Origin: an uncultured Candidatus Micrarchaeota archaeon
GTDB lineage: Archaea; Micrarchaeota; Micrarchaeia; Micrarchaeales; Micrarchaeaceae
Length of the DNA stretch: 64,000 bases
Assembly (NCBI GenBank): GCA_963762345.1
Contig: CAVXKI010000002.1
Span: 370-64,369 of the forward strand
Direction: 5' to 3'
Below the pieces are notes generated by a model that had not been told where the DNA came from, ran no database searches, and worked only from the letters and a program-made list of their open reading frames with translations. Positions 34,730 to 42,961 of this stretch are shown one piece after another (positions within the stretch are counted from its first letter, which is position 1; every line of letters begins with the position of its first letter). Both the position numbers and the translations under genes were made by a program.

Positions 34730-36202
34730 TTAGCTTGCGCCGCTGCCTCCCTGAGACCACAGTTCCTTCAGGTGCTTCATCCATGCCTGGTGCCTTTCCT
34801 CATCCTGCTGCATTGCGGTTTGGTGGTCACGAGCTTCTTTCTCCCTCATTTCATCAAGCTTCCCACCCAGCCTTTCGCTGTCTGCGTTTGCCTTTACTTG
34901 GGCTGCAATGGCTGCACTTGCGTTTTGCTGCTGCTGGTGCATTTGCTCCCTTTCCGCATCCCAGTGCGCACGCAATCTGTCGCCGGTTCCGTCTCGTGCT
35001 ATTCCTTGTGAATTAAGCAGTTCCTTGCTTACATTTTTAGTATCTGCCTCCCTCCGTGCCTCGTCGCGAGCCATTTGGCGCCGCGCGTCCATTTCCTCAA
35101 GACCGCCCTTTTGTATTGGATAATGTTCTGATATGAACTGTGCCGCCCTGCCTTGTCCACGCTCCGCCTGTTCTTGATATCCCCAGTTCCTGATGCGTGT
35201 GTAAACGCTTGGCTTGCCCACTGCTGGTACGTACTGCCCGGTCGCTACCGTCGTCGTAAGTGCGAACGTGACTGGACGGTTTGTTGCCTGGGCTGTTGAA
35301 GAATATACAACCATCGGTGCTGTAAATTCATACGTTGCATGTGCCGCGCTTGCAGACCTGCCAATGAGGTGAGGTTTCGGTATAAACCCGCCTGCCACCG
35401 ACGCCTTGTAAACCTGAACGTGGAATGCGTTCAATGCGTTGGTATACGCCTCCGCGGCCTGCGCCTGTGCAAACCCCGCTTTATTTGCCGCGCTCATGGG
35501 CTTCGGGATCGGAATCACCCTTACAAGCGGGAGCATAAACCATCCCCTTCCTTTTGAGTTGCCCGAAGCATCGAGTGCGCTTGCTCTCTGATCTGCATAC
35601 GACAGGTTGACCTTTGCGGTATCAAGCTTGTGCAGTGCCCGAAGATATCGTCCCTTCCTGAAGTTGGAGATTCTTGGATTATTGATAACCATATTTGCAT
35701 GACCCTGTATCCCAGTCCCGTAGCCGAGCGTTTCTGCTGCGCCAGGCTTATTCGCCATGCCACCACCTAGTGCGCCAGAAGCCACTGCGGCACCGACACC
35801 CGCAACGCCTGCGGTCCCGAGAACCGCTGCAACCTCTACTGTGGTCTTTGACGCCTTTAATGCATTGCGCGAAGCGATGAAGCTAGTTATAGATGACTTA
35901 TGGCCTATCGGGGTTGCCGCTCTTATGGTCGAGCCCAGACTAGTTTTGTAGTTTGGATTCCTCAACGTCTGCGTGAACCTTGTGTGGATCTTTGCGGACT
36001 TGAGCCCCTTTCCTGCTCCCCCTCCGCCCACACTGCCCTTTAATCCTATAAGCGTGCCGATTCCGAAAAGCGAGAACATGTCAGCACCTCTTGTGAGCCC
36101 TGCCGCTGCCAGTATCAATACGAATACTAGTATCAATGGCGCTACTTCTACTAACGTAGGCGCAGTAATCTGCAGTAACCACATTATTCCGAGCTCCAAC
36201 AT
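34730..36202 (-). CDS. hypothetical membrane-anchored protein with Gly-rich segments and a charged coiled-coil-like C-terminus
   Basis: 490 aa with an N-terminal TM, GGGGAGKG, and a C-terminal E/R/Q-rich ~130 aa. No family recognised. Confidence 0.5.
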   Translation of the reverse strand: MLELGIMWLLQITAPTLVEVAPLILVFVLILAAAGLTRGADMFSLFGIGTLIGLKGSVGGGGAGKGLKSAKIHTRFTQTLRNPNYKTSLGSTIRAATPIGHKSSITSFIASRNALKASKTTVEVAAVLGTAGVAGVGAAVASGALGGGMANKPGAAETLGYGTGIQGHANMVINNPRISNFRKGRYLRALHKLDTAKVNLSYADQRASALDASGNSKGRGWFMLPLVRVIPIPKPMSAANKAGFAQAQAAEAYTNALNAFHVQVYKASVAGGFIPKPHLIGRSASAAHATYEFTAPMVVYSSTAQATNRPVTFALTTTVATGQYVPAVGKPSVYTRIRNWGYQEQAERGQGRAAQFISEHYPIQKGGLEEMDARRQMARDEARREADTKNVSKELLNSQGIARDGTGDRLRAHWDAEREQMHQQQQNASAAIAAQVKANADSERLGGKLDEMREKEARDHQTAMQQDEERHQAWMKHLKELWSQGGSGAS

Positions 36203-36267
36203 GTGCTCATCCTAATTATATTAGCGGCGTTTTTAATATTTATAGGTATACCTTTTTTACCAAAATT

Positions 36268-36292
36268 ATAGACAGATGTCCACGTTTTGTAT
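36268..36292 (-). promoter_or_regulatory. 25-nt upstream element, copy 1 (candidate operator/activator site)
   Basis: ATAGACAGATGTCCACGTTTTGTAT, 65 nt upstream of ATG 36202. Contains the GACA-ga-TGTC inverted repeat. Differs at 1 position from the copy at 37357-37381. Confidence 0.5.
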
Positions 36293-36351
36293 CACATATA
36301 TAGAGAATTGGACTAAACAGGCAGCAATTGCATCTGTCCGCTCTTCTGAGT

Positions 36352-37293
36352 TTAAGAGTAGCTTCTAATAAGATCATCGTGTTCGCGGGTGCGTCTCCCG
36401 ATTTCATCGTTTAACTCTGCGACTCGGCTTTTTAGGTATACGACGTCTATAGTCTCCAGCTTCAAACTTCTGGCAATCTGTGCAGCTTCTGCAAGCGTAC
36501 GGGCGGCAATGACGAGGTTAGAGGACAGTACCCAGAAGAGATCCGATTGTGAAGGCGTATAATCCCCTTGAGTTAGGCGCGTCATTGTCGCAGGCATTAC
36601 TTTCGCGCTTTCCTCCGCTCTTTGAATCAATTCATTGCAAATCTGGACTCCAAACCTCTTGATATCGGGATGCACCTCCACTGCGCTGTTGCCGATATGG
36701 TAATAGTCTACGGCTGTGGAGAGCGGCTCTAACATATCGGGTCTTATATACTCCCGTCCCAGCAGTTGTTCCACCAGCTTTTTCCCATGCGCGTGCGCAT
36801 AGTCTACAAATCCATTTCCTATGCCATGCTCTCTTGCCATTTTCTCCGCCGATCGGTAAGCTCTCGATGCCTCAAGCGTCTCCCCTATTTCAACGAGTAC
36901 TCTGGCGACCATAAGCCTCGTGCTGAACGCCTGCAAGAACATTCTTGGTTCGCCACGGGTTAGACCAAGTGCCTCGGAGATATCCGCCGCTATTGCGAAC
37001 TCTCCGGCTGCACCGTAGAGTGCGCTTTGATTATTCAACCTCGAAAACAGCTTGCCTATGCTCATATGAAGATCATAAAGTTCGTCGCTTGGAACAGCAT
37101 AATTCCCTATTGATTTGGAAGCTTCGCGGAGCAGCGCCTCTGAACGCTCCGGTTCGCCCCTATCTTGGGCTATTCTGGCCCTCTCTGCGTAGTGGGCAGC
37201 CATTTCGGCATCCGAGCTTCTTCCGAAGACGCGTCTGAGCAGCCCAGTATGGCTGCCATTAGCAGCGCGCGATGGTACCGTCGTAGATTCCAT
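36352..37293 (-). CDS. hypothetical helical (TPR-like) protein
   Basis: The likely start is MESTTVPS (ATG 37291-37293), because the ORF-track N-terminus covers the promoter motifs. Alpha-helical, Ala/Glu/Arg-rich. Confidence 0.5.
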   Translation of the reverse strand: MESTTVPSRAANGSHTGLLRRVFGRSSDAEMAAHYAERARIAQDRGEPERSEALLREASKSIGNYAVPSDELYDLHMSIGKLFSRLNNQSALYGAAGEFAIAADISEALGLTRGEPRMFLQAFSTRLMVARVLVEIGETLEASRAYRSAEKMAREHGIGNGFVDYAHAHGKKLVEQLLGREYIRPDMLEPLSTAVDYYHIGNSAVEVHPDIKRFGVQICNELIQRAEESAKVMPATMTRLTQGDYTPSQSDLFWVLSSNLVIAARTLAEAAQIARSLKLETIDVVYLKSRVAELNDEIGRRTREHDDLIRSYS

Positions 37294-37356
37294 ATGTAAA
37301 CAGAGTTTATTCTGATATTTATGCCTTTCATGGACTCCACTTTTTCGTCTGTAAAT

Positions 37357-37381
37357 ATAGACAGATGTCCACATTTTGTAT
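37357..37381 (-). promoter_or_regulatory. 25-nt upstream element, copy 2
   Basis: ATAGACAGATGTCCACATTTTGTAT, 63 nt upstream of ATG 37293. ATAAATAT TATA-like box at 37315-37322 (minus strand). Confidence 0.5.
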
Positions 37382-37447
37382 TTAACAATACCCCCCAAGC
37401 ATTACAAAATAGCAAGGTTTAACTCGTATTTTGTAATGAAAAATAGT

Positions 37448-37464
37448 GCTTAAATATCTGAAAA
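37448..37464 (+). promoter_or_regulatory. extended TATA promoter motif, copy 1
   Basis: GCTTAAATATCTGAAAA, identical 17-mer to 40854-40870. About 40 nt upstream of the 37507 ORF. Confidence 0.45.
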
Positions 37465-37506
37465 AAGGAAACAATATTATAGAAGAGATAGCACGAGGAT
37501 GATATA

Positions 37507-38493
37507 TTGGTACTATTAACAAGAGCATCACGACTTCAAAAAGCAGAAGGGTACGTTGAGCGCGCAAAAGCAGAGCACGGCAAGGGCAACGAAAAGGCGG
37601 AATTGAACTTGCTGTACCAAGCGGCGCTTATAGTGTTGGAGCCGGGATTTGATGCAGGTATAACAGGCACGCCGGAGCGCCGGAGCGAAGTCCATGGGAG
37701 GTTTGCAATCGCGTTCGGTAGTCTGGGAAACGCCGGCAGCAATTATCCGGTAATAGTGGAGCTCGAATACGCACTTAAAATCAGAAAGGAAAATGGTCTG
37801 AGTACACCGAGGGGAATTGCCGGACTGGCGCTAGTGCTGCGCGATGAGTTGCTCGAGAGCGCTGACAGGGCCGGCAACGTCGGCAGGAATGGCACGATTG
37901 GCAGGGCGCTTTATGATATAGAGAAAAATGAATGGCTAAAAAGAAACGGTGACAAGCAGCACGGCCCATTCTATCCGGATATCGGAGTAAAGTGGGAAAC
38001 GTCGCTGCGAAAACTGATGGAGCCGCTGATATTCCCATACGGCTTGACAATGGCGCTGGAAAAGACAAAGGAGGCAATTGCGTTGGAGAAGGAGTATGGA
38101 CCGCTTTGGCCACCGGAGACTCCGAAGAACGCTGAGCAGCTAGAGCCCAAAATCGCGCGAAGGCTTTTCGACGCGATAATGGATCTCGTGGACAACCTGG
38201 ATGTATTGAGCGAGCCAGTAAAGTGGATGTATCTGGATGGTGAAGTTGTCACGAACCCTTACCCCGGATTTGAGAAGGTGCCAGGGCATAAGATAGTTCC
38301 GACCTCGAATCTGGTTGAAACGATAGAGTTGCTGAAGGCAGCCATAGCGGTGGTTTCTGCGGAGCAGCTGGACACAACCCTGCTGGAACGCCCGGAGAGG
38401 ATGCTGAAGGAGGCGCAAGAGAGGCGCAAAAACGAGACTGTTGGAACCGGAAAACCCGGTGCAACTTCGCCAGTACCAGACCAAGAGTCGTAG
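37507..38493 (+). CDS. hypothetical helical protein
   Basis: 328-aa ORF. The only in-frame start is TTG 37507. An SD-led ATG at 37499 is out of frame, so the start is uncertain or there is an indel. Confidence 0.5.
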   Translation: MVLLTRASRLQKAEGYVERAKAEHGKGNEKAELNLLYQAALIVLEPGFDAGITGTPERRSEVHGRFAIAFGSLGNAGSNYPVIVELEYALKIRKENGLSTPRGIAGLALVLRDELLESADRAGNVGRNGTIGRALYDIEKNEWLKRNGDKQHGPFYPDIGVKWETSLRKLMEPLIFPYGLTMALEKTKEAIALEKEYGPLWPPETPKNAEQLEPKIARRLFDAIMDLVDNLDVLSEPVKWMYLDGEVVTNPYPGFEKVPGHKIVPTSNLVETIELLKAAIAVVSAEQLDTTLLERPERMLKEAQERRKNETVGTGKPGATSPVPDQES

Positions 38494-38548
38494 AGGCATA
38501 CTGTTTATTAAATTTGCCATAATAGTATTATATGAGATAGGTGTTCCT

Positions 38549-39154
38549 ATGGCCGAATTGTGGAGTGATTATACAGACAACATAATAACAGAGCTTGATG
38601 CAGTGGCAGGTGCAAAGTACGGCAAGGCCAATATCAGGAGGTTTCTCTCAAATCCGGCAAAGTACGCATCGCAGGCGAACATAAACGCCACAATGCAAAA
38701 GATGAGGAATGATGCCAATGCTTATTTTGATGGCAGGCTCGGCGATCTCTCCGCTGAGAGCAAGACGCTTTCTGACAACCTTATAAAGGCGGATTCGATA
38801 ACCGGGCAAATCGCGCAGAATATATCGATGCAGGCGAAGCAGAACAAGGTGCCTATCATAAAGCCGCCTCTTATCGAAAGGGATGTCACAAAGGACCAGA
38901 CAATTTATGTGGATGCCGTGGACGGAAACGTAATGACGCTCATCGAAAAGTTAGTGACCAATGCCATGTACATAGCAGATAACACAGGCACTTTCGACAA
39001 CAAGAAGGTCGGCGAATGGGTCTTCGGGGGCAAGAGGACATATGTGCTGCGCGTGTATGTGCCGCAGACTAACGTGGTTCTCCTTAGGGGCTCGCGCGAT
39101 GAATTGAATGCGCTCTTTGACGTGGCTGCCGACTACATAAAGCAGCAGAAATAG
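38549..39154 (+). CDS. hypothetical protein
   Basis: Likely start MAELWSDY at 38549 within ORF 38441-39154. No family recognised. Confidence 0.45.
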   Translation: MAELWSDYTDNIITELDAVAGAKYGKANIRRFLSNPAKYASQANINATMQKMRNDANAYFDGRLGDLSAESKTLSDNLIKADSITGQIAQNISMQAKQNKVPIIKPPLIERDVTKDQTIYVDAVDGNVMTLIEKLVTNAMYIADNTGTFDNKKVGEWVFGGKRTYVLRVYVPQTNVVLLRGSRDELNALFDVAADYIKQQK

Positions 39155-39157
39155 ACG

Positions 39158-40285
39158 TCATCCAGAGCTCGTCGCATTTTGGACATACTTGCACAATCCC
39201 TGCAGCGAAGCGTTCGATATCTGCAAGCACATTGTAGCGTTGCTCGCGTTGATGGCCACGCTCAGTATACATCTGTCTCTGTTAAGCGTGCCGTTTGTAG
39301 TGTTCAACAGGAAGCACGGCGCAGCCGTCTTTGTCCTGAGCGCGTCGCTGAGAGCGTATTCAGATGTGCACAGGTTTGCCTTGTAGCCGACATAGGCGCC
39401 GCATGCGGCGGTGTAGTTCGTCGCATTGAGGTCGAACGTTATCCTGCTTGCATTGAGTCCGGCAATGAACGCACCGCACTCCGCGCTGAGCGCACCGCCT
39501 ATGGAACCGCATACGGTGGCGTTGTTCTCCTTTATCGCCAGCTGGTAGTAGCAGTAGTTCTGCGGCGTGAGGTTGTATGCACTGAGCGCAAAATAACTAT
39601 TGAGCGTGGATGAGACATTCGCGTTGAACTGCCCGCTTGCGTTGTAGCTGAGGAACTGGTAGGTGGTGTAGTTGACCTGGTCTTGCACGTAGGCGCAGAG
39701 CCTTTCGTCGGACGTTCCCAATGCCTCCTTGTAGTAATAGAGATTCGTGCACGCGGAACGATATGTGACATTTGACAATTCCGAGCAGAGCGACGGATTT
39801 GAGAAGTTGAAGCCGGCAGATATGTTGTATATGCATGGCAGCGCGCTTTGCTGCTGCAGGTAGCCGCACAGGCCCAGATTCTTCAGTTTTTGGTTGATCG
39901 ATAGTATGCACTGCGTGTAGTAGGGATCGTAGGGATTGATAGTGAAGCATTTGCTCGCATTCTGCGACTTCAGCGCGATGCTGTATGCGCAACTCGATTG
40001 CTCTGCATTAGGCAGATAGCCGCATACGCTCGTATTCAGCGTCGTGTTGGCAAGATTTCCTACGCATGAGTATATGGCCGAGTATGAATTCTGCTTGCCG
40101 CAGCCTCCCGGATAGTATGCAATCGCCGACGACTGGCCGATGATGCTGTCCGCTATGACTATAGATACGGCAAACGCGATCAGGATCACTGCTCCAATGA
40201 TATAGAGGTTCCTCTTCTCGCCTTCGCTGAGCCTTACATCGCGCATAGATGTTATCTGCTCTTCAGGTTTTTTGTCTTCAGCCAT
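39158..40285 (-). CDS. N-terminally anchored surface protein built of Cys-pair repeats with many N-x-S/T sequons
   Basis: Likely start MAEDKKPEE at 40285 (the ORF-track N-terminus overlaps the tRNA). One TM, then about 9-10 units of N-x-[ST]-x-C-x(9-13)-C (20 Cys in total). Confidence 0.55.
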   Translation of the reverse strand: MAEDKKPEEQITSMRDVRLSEGEKRNLYIIGAVILIAFAVSIVIADSIIGQSSAIAYYPGGCGKQNSYSAIYSCVGNLANTTLNTSVCGYLPNAEQSSCAYSIALKSQNASKCFTINPYDPYYTQCILSINQKLKNLGLCGYLQQQSALPCIYNISAGFNFSNPSLCSELSNVTYRSACTNLYYYKEALGTSDERLCAYVQDQVNYTTYQFLSYNASGQFNANVSSTLNSYFALSAYNLTPQNYCYYQLAIKENNATVCGSIGGALSAECGAFIAGLNASRITFDLNATNYTAACGAYVGYKANLCTSEYALSDALRTKTAAPCFLLNTTNGTLNRDRCILSVAINASNATMCLQISNASLQGLCKYVQNATSSG

Positions 40286-40297
40286 CGCAATACCTTT

Positions 40298-40382
40298 ATG
40301 CAGGGAGAGAGATTTGAACTCTCGCAGCCCTAAGGCACAAGGTCCTAAGCCTTGCGCGTTTGACCAAGCTCCGCCATCCCTG
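40298..40382 (-). tRNA. tRNA-Leu (anticodon UAG), type II with long variable arm
   Basis: GCAGGGA acceptor pairing with TCCCTGC, anticodon stem CAAGG/CCTTG with loop CTTAGGA (anticodon at 40344-40346), a long variable arm, T-arm GAGAG-TTCAAAT-CTCTC and discriminator A. No encoded CCA. Confidence 0.85.
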
Positions 40383-40437
40383 CACGAAGTATATATCAAA
40401 ACCGACTGTTTTTATTACTTTAGATGGAATTAACATC

Positions 40438-40842
40438 ATGCAAACTGATCTTAAGAGTTTGTCGGTTAGCGGGCTGCTAAAACACCTGCACGATTCGATA
40501 GTCAGCTTTGTAAAGACCATAGATAATACAACGGGGCGCAATAATTCGATAAGCGAGGAGGAGATAGGTGCGATAAGGGACCATCTAAAGCAGCGGCTGA
40601 GTAGCAATAAAGAAGCACTAGAAAACGAAAAACTGCTGAAGCTTATAGATCTCTTCGAGATGGATAAAAAGGTGCTGGAGTTCATAAAAGGGGACGCAAA
40701 AGAATGGCTGGATCTTATAGAAACCCTAAAGGATTCTCTTGCTGCCAGGGGCGCGTTGAATGAGCAGGAAAAGGCAGAGCTCGAAGAGATTACCAGAAAG
40801 CTGGATAGGTTGGCCAGCACCCTTAGGAAGGAGGGCACGTAG
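40438..40842 (+). CDS. hypothetical coiled-coil protein
   Basis: Likely start MQTDLKSL at 40438. Helical, E/K/L-rich, 134 aa. Confidence 0.45.
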   Translation: MQTDLKSLSVSGLLKHLHDSIVSFVKTIDNTTGRNNSISEEEIGAIRDHLKQRLSSNKEALENEKLLKLIDLFEMDKKVLEFIKGDAKEWLDLIETLKDSLAARGALNEQEKAELEEITRKLDRLASTLRKEGT

Positions 40843-40853
40843 GCACCAACAAG

Positions 40854-40870
40854 GCTTAAATATCTGAAAA
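40854..40870 (+). promoter_or_regulatory. extended TATA promoter motif, copy 2
   Basis: GCTTAAATATCTGAAAA, about 25-35 nt upstream of the GTG 40888 / ATG 40894 start. Confidence 0.45.
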
Positions 40871-40887
40871 TTCAAATGACTATGTAG

Positions 40888-41598
40888 GTGGAGATGGCAG
40901 GACCAGCAGCTGTTTCGTGGGATAAGACGCACAGGGCCGGAGAACGGCTTGCAAGCGAGGGCAGACTTACAAGCATAAACGGAATAGAGTATTACCAGGG
41001 CAGGCCCTTGATTCATCGTGATTCGCCGATAGATGGTGGCGTTTACCTTGGAGCGGGGCAGCGGGAAGCCATTGTTGTGGATTCGACACGGAGTGACTCT
41101 AAAATAAGGGAGCTATATCAAAAAGTGCTTGCTAGAGCAAGAGAATACGATCCCGTGGAGAAAAAGTATACTCTCAATAAAGGGAAGGTTTTGAACGCGG
41201 TCTTTGATACTGTGAAAGAAGCGATGCCTGTGCAGGACGACGCTGCTGTGCAGCGAATAGTAGACAGGAGGGCCGTAGGCAAGGACGGAAAGATCGATCT
41301 TGATGTATTTATCAAAGAAGGCGTTGGCGAATGCAGGCATGATGCACTGGCCTGCGCAGTATTATTGGAACTGTTGAAGAAGGATGGTTTTGTTAGTGGG
41401 AGGGCAAGCGTCGATAGAAACGCTGCATTTTATCCGGAGGGGGATGATCGTTTAAGCGGGGGCCACGCGTGGTGCAGGTACACGAATTCCGTTGGAGAGG
41501 TATATGTGCTGGATGTCGCGCAGGGCTTCATCGGAAGCCTGGAAGAGGCGAGCAAAAACCCAAAGGCGTGGGCGTATCAAAGGCCTGATGATTATTGA
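40888..41598 (+). CDS. transglutaminase/papain-like fold protein with Cys-His-Asp triad
   Basis: GVGECRHDALACAVLLELL (Cys at 41332-41334), GGHAWCRY (His at 41464-41466), VYVLDV (Asp at 41512-41514). Spacing and context are typical of transglutaminase-like cysteine peptidase/deamidase folds. Confidence 0.5.
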   Translation: MEMAGPAAVSWDKTHRAGERLASEGRLTSINGIEYYQGRPLIHRDSPIDGGVYLGAGQREAIVVDSTRSDSKIRELYQKVLARAREYDPVEKKYTLNKGKVLNAVFDTVKEAMPVQDDAAVQRIVDRRAVGKDGKIDLDVFIKEGVGECRHDALACAVLLELLKKDGFVSGRASVDRNAAFYPEGDDRLSGGHAWCRYTNSVGEVYVLDVAQGFIGSLEEASKNPKAWAYQRPDDY

Positions 41599-41637
41599 AC
41601 ATACTCTTTTTAGTCTTTTAGTGAGCATAGCTTCCGT

Positions 41638-42933
41638 ATGATAACAACGAAATACGTAAGGGAGCATCTGCCAGAGATAAGGGATTCGCTCAAGAGGCGC
41701 AAGAGCGCGTTTCCGCTAGATCAACTCCTGAAGTTTGATGAGGAATGGAGAACGCTGAAGACAAAGCTCCAGGATTTGCAGGCATCCCTGAACAGATCAA
41801 GCCTTGAGATATCTGAGATGAAGAAAAAAGGTGAAGAAATCAAGTCGCGCGTTGCATCGCTCGCGAAGACCAAGCAGGAAATCGCAGGCATCGAAAGCGA
41901 GCTTCCCACCTATGAATACAAGATAAACGAGCTTCTCTGGAATCTCCCGAATGTCCTCCATGAGTCGGTCAGATACGGAGAGGGCGCAGAGGGCAATGCA
42001 GAAGTGAGGAAGTGGGGCACTATAAAGAGCAAGAACACGAAAAGCCACGAGGAGATACTTACAAAGCTTGATGGAATAGACATAGAAAGGGCTGCAAAGA
42101 TATCCGGAGCAAGGTTTTATTTCTTAAAGGGAGACATCGCGCTGCTGGAGCAATCTCTCATAAGGTTTGCAATAGATGAAATGGTCAGCAAGGGCTACAT
42201 GCTCATCTATCCGCCGCTCATGCTGAGGAAGAAATATTACAGAGGGGTCACTGCTCTCGGGGATTTCGAGGATATGTTATATAGGATAGGCGACCCCAAG
42301 GAGGTCGAGGGCAAGAAAGATTACGAGCGCGTAAATGACGAGCTCTTCATGATAGGCACTTCCGAGCATACTATGGCTGCCATGCATGCAGATGAGGTGT
42401 TTTCAGGAAATGATTTGCCGCTCAAATACGTCGGTATAAGCCCATGTTTCAGGCGCGAGGCAGGTGCGCATGGAAAGGACACGAAGGGAATTTTCAGGGT
42501 CCATCAATTTTTCAAGGTCGAGCAGTTCATCTTCTCGAAGCAGGAGGATTCGTGGGGCTATTTTGACGAATTGCTTGCAAACGAAGAGGAAATCTACCAG
42601 AAGCTCAAGATACCTTATCATGTGCTTGACATATGCACAGGAGACATAGGCACCGTTGCTGCGAAAAAGGTGGACATTGAGGGCTGGATGCCGAGCCAGA
42701 ATGCATACAGAGAACTGACTTCATGCTCGAACTGCACAGACTGGCAGAGCGCAAGGCTCAACATAAAATACGACGAAAAAGGCGAGCGAAAGTACGTGCA
42801 TACGCTTAATGCTACCGCAGTTGCAACCACGAGGACGCTTGTTGCGATCGTTGAGAACTATGTAAATGGAGATGGGAGCATAACGGTGCCTGACGTCCTT
42901 GTCCCATATATGGGAAAGAGCCAAATAGGATAG
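41638..42933 (+). CDS. serS: seryl-tRNA synthetase
   Basis: N-terminal coiled-coil arm and class II motifs (FRREAGAHGKDTKGIFRVHQF; GTSEH; TLNATAVATTRTLVAIVEN). 431 aa, intact. Confidence 0.9.
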   Translation: MITTKYVREHLPEIRDSLKRRKSAFPLDQLLKFDEEWRTLKTKLQDLQASLNRSSLEISEMKKKGEEIKSRVASLAKTKQEIAGIESELPTYEYKINELLWNLPNVLHESVRYGEGAEGNAEVRKWGTIKSKNTKSHEEILTKLDGIDIERAAKISGARFYFLKGDIALLEQSLIRFAIDEMVSKGYMLIYPPLMLRKKYYRGVTALGDFEDMLYRIGDPKEVEGKKDYERVNDELFMIGTSEHTMAAMHADEVFSGNDLPLKYVGISPCFRREAGAHGKDTKGIFRVHQFFKVEQFIFSKQEDSWGYFDELLANEEEIYQKLKIPYHVLDICTGDIGTVAAKKVDIEGWMPSQNAYRELTSCSNCTDWQSARLNIKYDEKGERKYVHTLNATAVATTRTLVAIVENYVNGDGSITVPDVLVPYMGKSQIG

Positions 42934-42961
42934 CAGTCATAATATTGCTGCGCCTCTTTTT

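Noticed and set aside
40298-40382. tRNA-Leu as an integration site of a mobile element covering the orphan-gene island
   Set aside because: No integrase/recombinase gene and no direct repeat of the tRNA 3' half were found by eye in 34.7-41.6 kb, so there is no positive evidence. It is kept only as a remark in the island finding.
40296-40838. 180-aa minus-strand ORF 40296-40838
   Set aside because: It is a Ser/Phe-rich low-complexity translation, antisense to the better-supported coiled-coil gene 40438-40842, and it overlaps the tRNA-Leu gene.
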